Assembly: GCA_964035545.1 (NCBI GenBank)
Contig: OZ037768.1
Span: forward strand, 22,477,319-22,541,318
Direction of reading: 5' to 3'
DNA length: 64,000 nt
DNA from: Bugula neritina
Lineage: Eukaryota > Animalia > Bryozoa
The translations under genes and the position numbers were made by a program. The notes under the pieces were generated by a model, which worked only from the letters and a program-made list of their open reading frames with translations, did not search any database and was not told the DNA's origin. Below are positions 24,403 through 36,441 of this stretch, piece by piece. Every line of letters starts with the position of its first letter. Within the stretch, counting starts at the first letter, position 1.

Positions 24403-27220
24403 ATGGAGTTTATGAAACTTAGTGGTAAGTCACTATGCGATGAATAACTATAAGTCTTTTTAAGTTTTTCTTTTTTATTGCTGGTAAAATAATATATGGC
24501 TATTTAAAATGCAGAAATTTGAAATGTGTAAATGTTATTACTATTTAACTGGAGTTATCTTATTATGCTTTAAGTTGCATGCAAATTAGCTTTGTTGATG
24601 TTTTAAGTTCATTTCTCTTGTGAAAACTTTTACTCTTCCAGAAGTTGTTGTAAAAAGCAAGCAGAATGATTGCAGTGATTATATAAATAACTCACCTGTA
24701 AAAATTATAGTCATTTTGAAGTAAATGATACCGAGAATTTTAAGCAACGCACATTTATAAAAATTTACATATTTTTTGGATATCCAAACAATATGTTCTT
24801 TTGGTATTAAATAGGAGCTTAGATTTTTCGCTTTCTCCTAAATGGCATTTACAAACATGAAATTCTTTAACTTATTGGATTTACTTCTTATCAGCATCTT
24901 TCTGGTCAAACTGTGTGGAATAATGCTAACTCGTCTAAGCAGTTTCCAAATTATGTTTAATATGGTTTTCATTTGAAGTCACATATAGCTTTATTATTTG
25001 TCTTTTGTTTTTAAGAAAATTCTTGGTTCTATTTATGAAATGATTAAAATTTTAGCAGAGAGTATAAAGACTGAGCCTGAGCCAGCTACTGCACACGAAA
25101 ATGAGGTTGAACTACCTAGGGGTGAGGATGTGTCTATTTATATTTGTTAGTAAAGTTGGTTTGTCAGTCAGTTAGTCAGCCAGTCAGTCAGGATCATCTC
25201 AAGAAGTTCAGCAATAAAATTGTTTTGTGTGTCTATGATGTTTATTTGCTTGAAAGCATATTGTAATGACTACGGTAATTGTTTATTAGAGATGAAGCTA
25301 CCCTGTCTGTGTCTAAGCTATATCATGCTCTGTGAATAAAGTGCAACTAGCACCCTGTGAAATTCTGTAGTTAATTTATGTTTCAGATGTTGAGGTTAAA
25401 ATAGAGCATGTCTGCAATGATTTGGAGTTTTCATTCATTAAAAGCCATGCAACAGCCGCCTATGTCGTTAATCCAGGTATGAGTCATAACAGAACAAATA
25501 TAATAATAGACCCTTTCCAGAGGTCCCCCGATATCCCCTTAACAATTAAGAGTTGTGTCCTCCTAAAGTGAATAGGTTGAACCTTTGTATAAAAAGCCAA
25601 CTCATTCAAAATTTAGAGTTTGGCTGCTACTTGAAATTCTGATTATGCTATAGAATTGTTCTTTTAAGAGATAGATAATTTAGTATAAGCATACATATTA
25701 GCAGTTGAAAACATTTTAAAAATATTTCTCCATGGAGAATTTTGAAGAAAATAAACTTGAAAGCATTTATGTGGTTTTAGTTGCTGAGCAATGCTGAAGT
25801 GGCACTTCAGCATTGCTCAGCAACCAAAACCACAAAAATGAGTTTAAGTCTATTTTGTTCAGTGATTTTTACTTTGGGAGGACACAACTCTCAATTGTGA
25901 GGGGGACATCGGGGACCACTGAAAAGAGTCTATTGCCGGTGATTTTATATGCAATTTTCACTTAAAGATGTTAAGGCATTTATTATAAAGAAATATCTGG
26001 CAAAACTTAATAATCTCAAGCATTATTATGTATTTTGTGAAACCAGCATTTTGAATTGTCAAACAATAGGGTGATGCTACTTATGATGATCATAAATAGT
26101 TTGGAACTTATAGTGGCATTAATATGTTGTCATTTCGACTGTAGAAAGGCAGTGGAATTCAGTCATCTATTCACAACCCACAGAAGACCTTGACACAGGA
26201 AATCAAAGCTTTTCGCAGATGGAAACTTCTAGAAATGTGAAGGAGAAGTACCCAACGTCTGCTACAGAAGATACAGCAACAAATTCTTATCAATGTAGCA
26301 TCAGATCTGTTGAGCATTCGAACTTAAATATACGTAAGAAAAGTACGATAATTAAGAAAGGTAAAAAAACTAACTTTACAAGCATCAAGAAAAGTGCAAA
26401 ACGTAAGAAAAGTACGAAAAGTTCCAAGTGCAATTCCAGTCATAATCACAAATCTGGGCAACATCAACAAATGGCGGCTCATTATCAAGAAAAATACTCG
26501 ACTAGTAATCAAAAAAGTAATTCTGAACGTAGTCAGAAGTCCCAAGATGGAGACAAGGCGTTTTGTTGCACCGAATGTAATTTCCAATGCAATAGCAAGC
26601 GAATCCTAACCAAGCATATATTTACACACGAGTATGATAAAACAAAAATACCCATGAAGTATAAATGCGTTGAATGTTTGCTCGTACTTTCATCGAAAGA
26701 AAGTTTGAATAAACATATGGCTATTCACACTGAAGGTAAACCCTATCGTTGCACTCAATGTGCTTATAGTAGCCGAGTTCATAGTAGTCTAATGTATCAC
26801 ATGATGATTCATACTGGCCGGAAGCCTTATAAGTGCAATGAATGTGATGCTGGCTTCAGAGCAAAAGATGTGCTAAAAAGACACATGATGATGTATCACG
26901 GAGCAGAAAAACCATTTCAATGCACTCTCTGCAATTATAGGTTTGGACGGAAAAATCATTTAGTTCGGCACATGAATAGCCACACTAAAAACCTACCTCA
27001 CTGGTGCGTAATGTGCGACTATAGAAGCAGTACAAAGCACAGTTTGATGTTGCATATGGTTAGGCACGCAGCCGAGAGACCTAACCAATGTCCTGTGTGC
27101 AGTGTGAGGTTTCCGTCAAAAGAAGCTTTATTTGAGCATCTCGAAACTCACGCTAAGAAAGATGAGGAGACCCTAGACCTGGAAACATGGAATCAAACAG
27201 TGACTGTTGAGCTTATTTAA
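24403..27220 (+). CDS. C2H2 zinc-finger protein (7 fingers), 4 coding exons
   Basis: Exons 24403-24424, 25056-25121, 25387-25476, 26145-27220 (all phase 1, in frame). N-terminal IKTEP/VKIE motifs, basic Lys-rich stretch, seven CxxC-x12-H-x3/4-H fingers with TGRKPY/TEGKPY/GAEKPF linkers. Confidence 0.92.
25505..25934. mobile_element. Foldback MITE in zinc-finger gene intron 3
   Basis: ~65-bp imperfect TIRs (aatagaccctttccagaggtcccccgatatcccc.. / ..ggggacatcggggaccactgaaaagagtctatt) plus an internal perfect 22-bp hairpin (25780-25801 / 25803-25824). Confidence 0.8.
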
Positions 27221-28209
27221 CCTTTTAGGTTCACATCTGCATTTCTGTTTTATGAGCTAATGTAGTGGAATATGATTACGAAAGTTAGAAAGACTTTGCA
27301 GCTACTGAAGTGGTAATGGCACTTGACCAGAGAAAAATAGATGAAGTTTGTTCAGTCTACTTTTTTTAGTGTTTAAATTCAAGTCTTGTAAAATAATCTG
27401 TTGATAGTTGATAGAACTCAATATTTCCTGAGTTTGCAATGTATTTTACCATTTTTGTATTGGAATGCTTACAATAGCTAGTTTTTTTTACATTTTTATG
27501 TTAGCTTGTTGAATTTGTATGCATGACAGTAGTTTATAGTTGTTGAATCATGAAAAATATTTAATACATCTTTACAATTGTAAAAAGACGTGTGTTTATA
27601 CACAATGTTATGAACATGGTGCTAGTAATAGTGAATAGTATAAATATAAGTGAGAACTTGTAACATCTTAGTATCACTGTAACATTTCATGGCTTGCAAT
27701 ATATAAAAACATTAATTTGATATGTTATGATTGAGTCTGTTCACCTCACACTACCTCGAACTACTGCTGATGCAAAACATGGTATAATTTAAAGGGCTAT
27801 CATATGTCTAGCAACTGTTTGGAGATTCCTTTCAAGTGTGTTTTATTGCCATTTTAGTATGCCCTGTTTCAACCCACAGCTTTTTATTTCATAGTTCATT
27901 TAAATATGGGGAAAAGAAACACTAGGGATAAAAGCCACTGATTTCATTTTCCACACATTTTATTATTGACTTCAGCTAAACACATCTTTATTGCCTTACT
28001 CATCCTTACCATTTGACTGACCCCATAAGCTAGTAATTACTGCTGCCAATATGCATTATTATAAATATTTTTGCTGTTTGATGTGGTGACAGCCAACTTG
28101 ATTAATGGGGTTTATATACTAGCTCCTAGACTGCGAATAAATTGCTTGATAAACAATTTACCACAAAAATTCTTTGTGGTTTATTCTCTCCTAATTTACT
28201 GCGACAATT

Positions 28210-28987
28210 CACCGGCTTTCCATGTACCGATCTCAGATCGATCTCGCTGAGATCGATCTGAGCATACCTCTCAGATCGATCGTTTTTCCATGAGAAGTGT
28301 CAGATCGATCTCACGGAGTTGCCTCCTCTTAAGTGAAGAGTACTTTAATAGTATAATTTGTTCACAAATCTGGATGATTAAAGCTGCTGAGGTTAAAAAA
28401 CAAGATTGTTGATGTCTAAAAATTAATGGTGCTTGTAAACAATACGCAACAAAGCTTTTAGTGTAAAGTAATATAGCCAATTTAAGATAATCACTTTTAA
28501 TTTTTTAGCTCAACAGCTTAAATAAAATTAATAGCTATCTTGCAGATTATTCATAAACTTACAGGATTGTTAAGCTTGAAATTACGCAGCAAATAACTAA
28601 TGAAAGTAAGTTTTACTAGTCATTTAAATTCAATTTAAATGCTCCAATTTTTTGTAATTTCTATGGACTATAATTTTATATAATTGAGTTTTTTTAATCA
28701 TAGTACTGAAAGTCAAAGTTTTGGCATCTGAAAATGTGGCTATCGTAATTATTAAGTAATTTGCTTAGTAATTATCAATAAGTTGTCATTTTTATCAGCA
28801 GACAACATTTTAGCGAACAGTCTTTTTCTACTTCTCAGATCGATCTGGAGTCTTTCCATGGATCGATCTCACTGAGATCGATCTGAGTTCGAGCTCTACA
28901 GACCGACCAGCTCAGAACGACTGAGATCGATCTTTGACATCTTTCCATGGATCGATCTCACTGAGATCGGTACATGGAAAGCCGGTG
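28210..28987. mobile_element. Non-autonomous DNA transposon with perfect 27-bp TIRs and 3-bp TSD (ATT)
   Basis: CACCGGCTTTCCATGTACCGATCTCAG ... CTGAGATCGGTACATGGAAAGCCGGTG; ATT at 28207-28209 and 28988-28990; many subterminal AGATCGATCT palindromes; related partial copy at 39418-39807. Confidence 0.9.
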
Positions 28988-29410
28988 ATTGTTTTCCCAA
29001 ATTTATTGAGATACTCACTGAACTGAAACTATAAGGGTTATAGTTCAATGGAGACACTAAGCAGTGTGTTACTATTTGAATATTTATTTCATGATAGGAC
29101 AACTTTACAAGGTAGTCTTGGTTTTTATTTCTCAAGTTTATAAAGCTGCTCTCAGTTAAATTATGAAATGCAATGTCCTTGTGATTACAACTTTCAATCA
29201 AAAATTCCTTGTTATGGGAGGAAACACTTTTATATGCTTCTGTTGTATAAAATTTCTTCTGTTAGTTAACCAATACAGTTATTAGGATGATCAGATGAAC
29301 ATTCACACACAATACTCCATGAGTTTGACGATCCACCAAGCTGTTAGAAGTTAAGAATCTTGTTACTCCCTTCCACTTCATTCACTTTGTATAATTACTA
29401 AAATATAATT

Positions 29411-29480
29411 GCCCTCACTGGGATTCGAACCTGAGACCTCTGGCTTGCAAACAGGCACGCTAACCATTACACCACGGGGA
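29411..29480 (-). mobile_element. tRNA-derived SINE head, family B
   Basis: Reverse complement tcccgtggtgtaatggttagcgtgcctgtttgcaagccagaggtctcaggttcgaatcccagtgagggc has A and B boxes, but acceptor and anticodon stems pair poorly; homologous to 57791-57865 and 41316-41400. Confidence 0.7.
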
Positions 29481-31109
29481 ACACTAGGTAAACTCAACAC
29501 AACAATTACTACTGCAGAAAAACTTGACCTCTCAAATCTTTTTGCTCTCCAATGGTAGATTTGTAGTAGATAACTTGATAAAGCAAAACTTGATAGGTAA
29601 AATTTCAGTAGTTAGTCCCAAAGAAAAGATAACTACCAATCAAAATAGTTTGGCTACACTATCGTATATAATGGTCAACATGGCGGTGTGGTCTAACATG
29701 AGCCCGTGACTGCTAGTTTCAGAAGTTTAGGCCATGTTGCATACAAATAAGCATCTGATAGAGGGTTTGCCAGTAGATTCCTTTGGTCCTCTTGTAGGAT
29801 CAGAAGGTAAGGGAAGACAACCCTGACTGCAAAGTCTAATAAAAAATCTTGACCTACATGCTAGCATGCTTCTTGCTGTGGGTCGTAGGGCCACTTGTTA
29901 TTGTGATAAACAATGACAAGGGCAGATGATTCTATGCAGCTGTGACAATCGCACAAAACCTTAGCCAAAGGTCACACAAAGGTCATCAAAATATTACCAG
30001 CTTGAGGTGATGAACTGTTGCCGCAACACACATAGCTAAATGCATATAACTGGGTTGACTGCAGATATTAGCTAGAAAAGTCCCATGCCTCCATTGTTGG
30101 CTAGCAAACAATATATGCAAATGTGTAACTAATTCTAGACTCGATGGCCAGTAAACAGGTTTTTGAACTTTGACGATTGGAAAACATAAATTAAAATTGA
30201 AACTGATGAAATAAACATTTTCAGGAAGTAATGTTGGGATGAAGAATTTCTAACTGACACAGCAGAAAAACTCACTGAGGTGATGGAAAAATTTCATTAG
30301 CCTGAATTCTAAAACTGTCCATTAATTTGGGTTAGAGCACAGGTTGAAACTTTTGGAAGAACATAACTTCTTGTGCTATATTTCTGATTTAGAATTCATG
30401 GGCTTTTTTCATTAATGCACTTACCTCAAAAGGCTCATGCTTAGTTTCAAAAATTGTTATTTTATCTTGAAATTGGCATTAGTTTTAGCTCAACATATGC
30501 GAATAATTTTGTATTTTGTATTCATAAGGCTTTGCTGCATGTTTTATACATTGGAGCTAATTTTCTACTCATTGGCTGAAAGGAGAACCACATATCCTTG
30601 ACATAAATGTGAAGCAGTGTGGAAAATTCTGGAAGAAAATTAGACACTTTTACAAATATTTCATATATAGCAATAAGAATATATTTTATTTTATGTTTGC
30701 ATTTTATCAGCACAATACAGGCAGCTGCAACTATTATCCGTATACTAGTTTTACAACATTTGATGAAGACATGGTTAACGTAATATGGTAATATAATATA
30801 AAATACATTGAAATATTAAAGAGACAAGCTTCTTGAATAGCTACATATTATCATGAAGTGTAAATTATTATTACATAAAAATGGTCAGTTTTGTAAGGTG
30901 CCCTTTGCTTTAGTAGTTTAACAAAAATTCTCAACTGTAAAGCATTTTGAGCTCTATCCAAGTGGCTGTCAAATTGTATGAGTAAAATAAGAGAACATTA
31001 TAGTGTTTTTTGCAAATCATAGTGTTGGTTACCGTCATTTGTTTTTCTTTTTCTTGCATATTATATATTGCATATTATTTGTGTGTGTAGAACGGAGGAT
31101 GGTGAATAG

Positions 31110-32360
31110 TTAGTTGACTTGAGTTTGGCATATAATGTCGGGAACTTTGCTGCAAGAACTGCCTCCTGGTGGCCTACCCGGAGAACCTGATTGACCAAAT
31201 ATTGACTTGTCACACTGTGTATCTGCTCGTAGACTTGGGAAATCTCTGATATTCTTACAGAGAATCTGATATACTGCTCTGCAAGTAAAAGGTCCCCCTT
31301 GGTGTTTGCCCCTCCTATAGCAACCCACATCTCCAAGCTGAAACATATTAAACATATAACAGGTTATAGAATTGGAAATCGGAAAAAACTATTTATGTTG
31401 AATGTTATATTATAGTGATGGTAAGACAGCCTGCGTTAAAAAAACTATAACACTACTTGTTTTACCTAATGTTGTGTTGACCAAAAGTTAAACTGAAATG
31501 CTTTCAGAATCTTTTAAGTTATAAGTTATTGCAACTAAATATTTATATTTTTACCTAAAGTGATTTACTGCGTTAGCTCAACAATTACATAGATGAATAT
31601 ACTTGTTTAAATAAAATGGAGTTTTTTACATCATCTACAAACTTAGCTTTACAAACAGATGAAGGTCATGAATCTTATACCTTTACCTGAAACACAGGCA
31701 ATCATTCTTTAAATAAGCTTTTTAATTACGTCTGCATAAAACTTACTGAAGTTTGAAATAATTAGTAAAAAAGATTATCATGAAAAATGAGAAAAAGTTG
31801 TTGCACAATTTTTGTTTTCCACTTTCCTATAAAAGTAGTTGTAAACAAAACATTTTACAAAAAATATTGTCAATAAGTTTTTAACACAAATCTTTGCAAT
31901 TTAGCAGTTTTCTACGCAACATAATGCATCAGTACACGTCTGCTACTTGAACAAGGCAAAGCGGAGATAGGCAAGGATTTATTAGTACATGTATTCACTA
32001 CAAACCTCCTCAACTATGGTCCCTGCGGGAGCTCCTTTTGGCCCAGGAGGTCCCGCCTGTCTCCGATATCTCTTTAGATCTGGGTGCTTTGCAGGATTTG
32101 AGGAGCTGGGAGTTGGTGGTCCTTTCAGTGTAAGAGTAGGCTTGGCATCCTTTAGCTGTACAACAGAGTTCAAACTTGATAACATTAAACCCTTTGTTTC
32201 ACTTTTATCATGCTGAAGAGCTCCATGCAACTTACATATAATAGATGTTACATTACCTCTGTAGCCTATATCATGTAACAAATTCAACTTGCCTTGCAGT
32301 CAGCCTTCTCGTGACATTCTTTGATGGCATCAGCATTAACCTCCCTCAATTGTAGTGCAG
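31110..32360 (-). CDS. Unrecognised Cys-rich precursor (furin site RYRR, GPP motif, 6 Cys), copy 1; 5' end unresolved
   Basis: Exons 32293-32360 (GC donor AAG|gcaagt), 32006-32155, candidate microexon 31681-31686, 31110-31337. Joined in frame: ..ALQLREVNADAIKECHEKADCK/LKDAKPTLTLKGPPTPSSSNPAKHPDLKRYRRQAGPPGPKGAPAGTIVEE/(VK)/LGDVGCYRRGKHQGGPFTCRAVYQILCKNIRDFPSLRADTQCDKSIFGQSGSPGRPPGGSSCSKVPDIICQTQVN*. Upstream candidate exons (32455-33070) contain stops, so this copy may also be decaying. Confidence 0.55.
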
Positions 32361-34047
32361 CTATAATAACACAGAAACACAAAACTGTAACACTGAGAAA
32401 CTTTAGAAGAGAATAGGTACGTCTGCTCAGTATGTCCTTCACATCCATGACTTACAGCAGGTACAGGTAACAATTGCGATGCTAATGCTTACATATGGCT
32501 TATATATAACTCATCATCATACTGCTAAGTTGTTGGCTTAATTTGCAGCAAAATCTTTTAGCTCTTGCCAACATTTGTTATTGCTAAACCAGGAAAATAT
32601 GTAAATTAAATAACATTGTGCCATACTGTGGTAATATCCCAATATGTAAAGTTTTATTTAATGTTCCAAGTACATAGCATTTTTGTCCTTCTATTAAAAC
32701 TGTTTATAGACATGTGCACCTGTCAATTCCTTATAAATTGTCCCACATCATGCATGTGTTATTTTTAATAGGAGTGAAGGATGTGAACTCACAAATGTGT
32801 AGCAGCCCAGTATGTGGCAAATATTATGTTATTTGTACTACAAGTAAATAATATATCATATAAACTACTAAATTGTTAACTCTACACGCATGCACACACG
32901 GTATATTTGAAGTTTATTTCTTGCAAGGACTAACTTGTATTTTCATACAAGGTGCAGTCTCAGCAAACGAGGACGAACTACAGAGGGCTGGAAGATTTCT
33001 TAAACTTGGCCAGAAATCAAAATTGCAACAAAATACAAAGACTTGCGCAATAAGCAGAATGCAAAATATGAATGTAGGTGTAAACGTTTATTAAATATTA
33101 ATGCAAAACTTATATATGAACTGATAAATTAGAAAAAATGATATCAGTGTGGCTCATATGACTGAAAGTCATTTATTGCAATAAATGGATAGAAGTATTG
33201 TGATGGTATAGTGTCATAAGAACAAGTGTTGAGAAAGCTTTAGTTGATTGCAATTTAATGTAAATGTACAAGTTTCAGCCATGTTTTGAGTTTCTAAACT
33301 ACATTCAGAATAGGTTTTGGGCATTCCTAAAATAATCCATATAGGTAAGAAGCCTTACTAGTATGTTAAATGTCATCCTAAATGTAAGCAAAAAATACCT
33401 TTTCAATATAACATTGAAACAAATAAGCTTATATCAATATTGTATACAAAGTGCAGATCTAGCTCAAGGTAAGTTTGGTGGTATCATATATGGCAGGTCA
33501 TTCTAGTGACAGTATATACACTTTGTTTCTGGTGTAACTCCACATTAGGTCAGTCAGCCTGCCATGCACGCTGACTGAAAGTTCAATCGTACAGTCACAC
33601 TGTAGATTGCATTAAAAAAAGTTGCAGGGTGTCTAAAATATTATAACTAAACTGCAATGAATCTGGTTTCATGTTTATAAGGAGTTGTTCTCTTTAAGGA
33701 ATAAATCCAGCTTTTCATGAGCTCAGTTATCTTATTTTTCACATTACCTACACCAAAATTTGTAGTTGCAATTTCTAATTTTTTAATGATTTACCTGACG
33801 GTTAACGCAGCTATTTTTAGCTTTTAACTGAAACTAAAAATCAAACAATAGAAATATTACACCAATTTTATAATTATTTCATGAATTTCAGTTTAAGAAC
33901 ATCAAATTAAAAATTAATTTTCTATGACGGAGTTTGTAAACAGCATTTTTCATATTGAAAAAATTGTCATAAAATGAATAGAACTGCCATACAAAGGAAA
34001 AAAATTTGCGTGTGATGTTATAAAAACAAATACAACTGTACAGACTA

Positions 34048-34768
34048 CTAACTTTTATGTTTTGCTGACTTGAGACGATATTTAGTTGGTAACACAGAGA
34101 CACCATACACAGGTCTTATTGTATTGGTTGTTAATGAAACTCGTCTCTGTGAATAATAAGATTTGTGAGGGGCAATACAATCTCGCCCCCTCCTAGAGTT
34201 GGGTGCTGTGCTAGGTCTACAGTCTAGAGTCGACTCATTAAAGTCTAGCTGCTGGGTAGTGGCTCGCAAGTCTAGGGGTTGTCTTACCGACTTCTTAGCC
34301 TGAGAGTACGTGTAATGACTAGACTTAGGTCTACCCAGCTGAGTCTGGCGCTGATTCAACTTTTTCACTGTACTAATTTCCTGACTACACGAGTTGCATG
34401 ACGAAGGTCGCGCTGCCTTTTTTGTCTTACCAACATTATTGTCAGCAGTGATTCTAGTATAGCCTGTATATTGTTGTGATGCGCAGCACCCACTACATGA
34501 CTTCTTGTTACAAGAAGGACACAACAGAGATTTCTCAGGGCAATCTCCGACACACGCTACTTGGGTGCAGTCTGCAGTGCACTTAGAATTGACCTTTGAA
34601 CTCTTAGCGCTTTGAACTCTACTTCTGCACAGCGCACTTTTTGTCTGATGTATTGCGGGTTTTCGAAAATCTAGAATCTTCCACTTTCTCGGTGGCCAGC
34701 TGCAGTCTCTGAAATTCGAGACACCTCATGAGTATCGTAGCCTTGTCTTTCCGCACAGTTGGCTTCAA
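34048..34768 (-). pseudogene. Duplicated, frameshifted copy of the terminal exon of the 37722-47891 gene
   Basis: Near-identical to 37722-38450 including the acceptor, but with a 9-bp deletion, two 1-bp deletions (~34630-34660) and a 3-bp insertion. Confidence 0.85.
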
Positions 34769-34982
34769 CTACAAACACATCTTGAGCACTATCCAAGTGA
34801 CTGACAAATTTTATAAGTTAAATGAACATTATAAAGTAGTGTTTTGTACAATTCATAGGGTAGTTACTGTTATTTATTTTTGTTTTTCTTGCATATTTAG
34901 CAAATATAAAAAGTGCTTGCAATGTTTTTTATTATTCATATGTGTAAAACAAAGGATGGTGAATAGTTGGTTCAACTTGAGT

Positions 34983-36441
34983 TCAGCATAAAATGTCCGG
35001 GACTTCGCTGCAAGCACTGCCTCCTGGTGGCCCTGGCTCACCACCCGGAGGACCTGATTGACAAATATTGACTTGTCACACTGTGTATCTGTTGATAGAG
35101 TTGGGTAATTTCTGATATTATCACAAAGAAGCCGATATACGGCTTTGCAAGTAAAGAGTACCCCTCGGTAGTATCCCGTCCTTTGGCAATCCACATCTCC
35201 TAGCTGAAACATATTAAACATATAACAGGTTATAGAATTGGAAATCGGAAAAAACTACTTATGTTGAATGTTATATTATAGTGATGGTAAGACAGCCTGC
35301 GTTTAAAAAAAACTATAACACTCTTTGTTTTGCCTAATGTTGTGTTGACCAAAAATTAAACTGAAATGTTTTCAAAATTTTTTAAGTTATAAGTTATTGC
35401 AACTAAATATTTATATTTTATACATATTTTCAACTAAAGTAATTTACTGCGTTAGCTCAACAACTACATAGATGAATAAAATACTTGTTTAGTTAAAATG
35501 GAGTTTTTTACATCATATCTACAAACTTAGCTTTACAAACATATAAAGGTCATGAATCTTATACCTTTACCTGAAACACAGACAATTATTCTTTAAATAA
35601 GCTTTTTAATAACTGCATAAAACTTACTGAAGTTTGAAATAATTAGTAAAAAAAATTATCATGAAAAATGAGAAAAAGTTGTTGCACAATTTTTGTTTTG
35701 CACTTTCCTATAAAAGTAGTTGTAAACAAAACATTTTACAAAAAATATTGTCAATAAGTTTTTAACACAAATCTTTGCAATTTAGCAGTTTTCTACGCAA
35801 CATAATGCATTAGTACACGTCTGCTACTTGAACAAGGCAAAGCGGAGATAGGCAAGGATTTATTAGTACATGTATTCACTACAAACCTCCTCAACTATGG
35901 TCCCTGCGGAAGCTCCTTTTGGCCCAGGAGGTCCCGCCTGTCTCCGATATCTCTTTAGATCTGGGTGTTTAACAGGATCTGAGGAGCTGGGAGTTGGTGG
36001 TCCTTTCAGTGTAAGAGTGGGCTCGGCATCCTTTAGCTGTACAACAGAGTTCAAACTTGATAATACAGTGCTCCACCCATATCTCACGGATTCATTTCTT
36101 ACGAAATTCCATAGGTCATGAAAAGGGCCTGGACCCCCGTTTTGTGGCTTATGTGTGTATAGGAACAAAATAGCCAAATTTAACACATATGTGATTTTTT
36201 AGTCTGGTATTCTACTATGTCACGAATTGAGGTTTTAGGACCTGCAGCTTAGTGAGATATAGAGAGAGCACTGTAATTCACGTATTTTGTTTCATTTTCA
36301 TTATTCTGTAGAGCTCAATGCAACTTATAATAGATTTAACGTTGTTTCTGAATATTTAATAAATTCAACTTGCCTTGCATTTAGCTTTCTCCTGACATTC
36401 TTTTGAGGCATCAGCATTAACCTCCCTCAATTGTAGTGCGG
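34983..36441 (-). pseudogene. Cys-rich precursor copy 2 (frameshift plus premature TGA)
   Basis: Exons 36374-36441, 35887-36036, 35565-35570, and a last exon starting at 35203. There is a 1-bp deletion at ~35062 (TTT GGT CAA to TTT GTC AA); the restored frame reads GQSGPPGGEPGPPGGSACSEVPDILC then TGA (34983-34985). Confidence 0.7.
36066..36273. mobile_element. Tc1/mariner-type MITE (TA TSD)
   Basis: TA|CAGTGCTCCACCCATATCTCAC ... GTGAGATATAGAGAGAGCACTG|TA; absent from the equivalent site in duplication unit 1 (~32182); inverted homolog at 54622-54810. Confidence 0.85.

Noticed and set aside
29411-29480. tRNA-Cys(GCA)-like genes here and at 57791-57865
   Set aside because: The acceptor stem does not pair, the anticodon stem is mismatched and the copies diverge from each other; better explained as SINE heads.
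29670-30060. Possible LINE 5'-UTR remnant (locally GC-richer)
   Set aside because: No ORF, no recognisable termini and no second copy in the window.
31982-32287. Single-exon collagen gene, as suggested by ORFs 31982-32287 and 35863-36186
   Set aside because: Only about three Gly-X-Y triplets; the ORF starts lie in intron or MITE sequence and the coding part is an internal exon.
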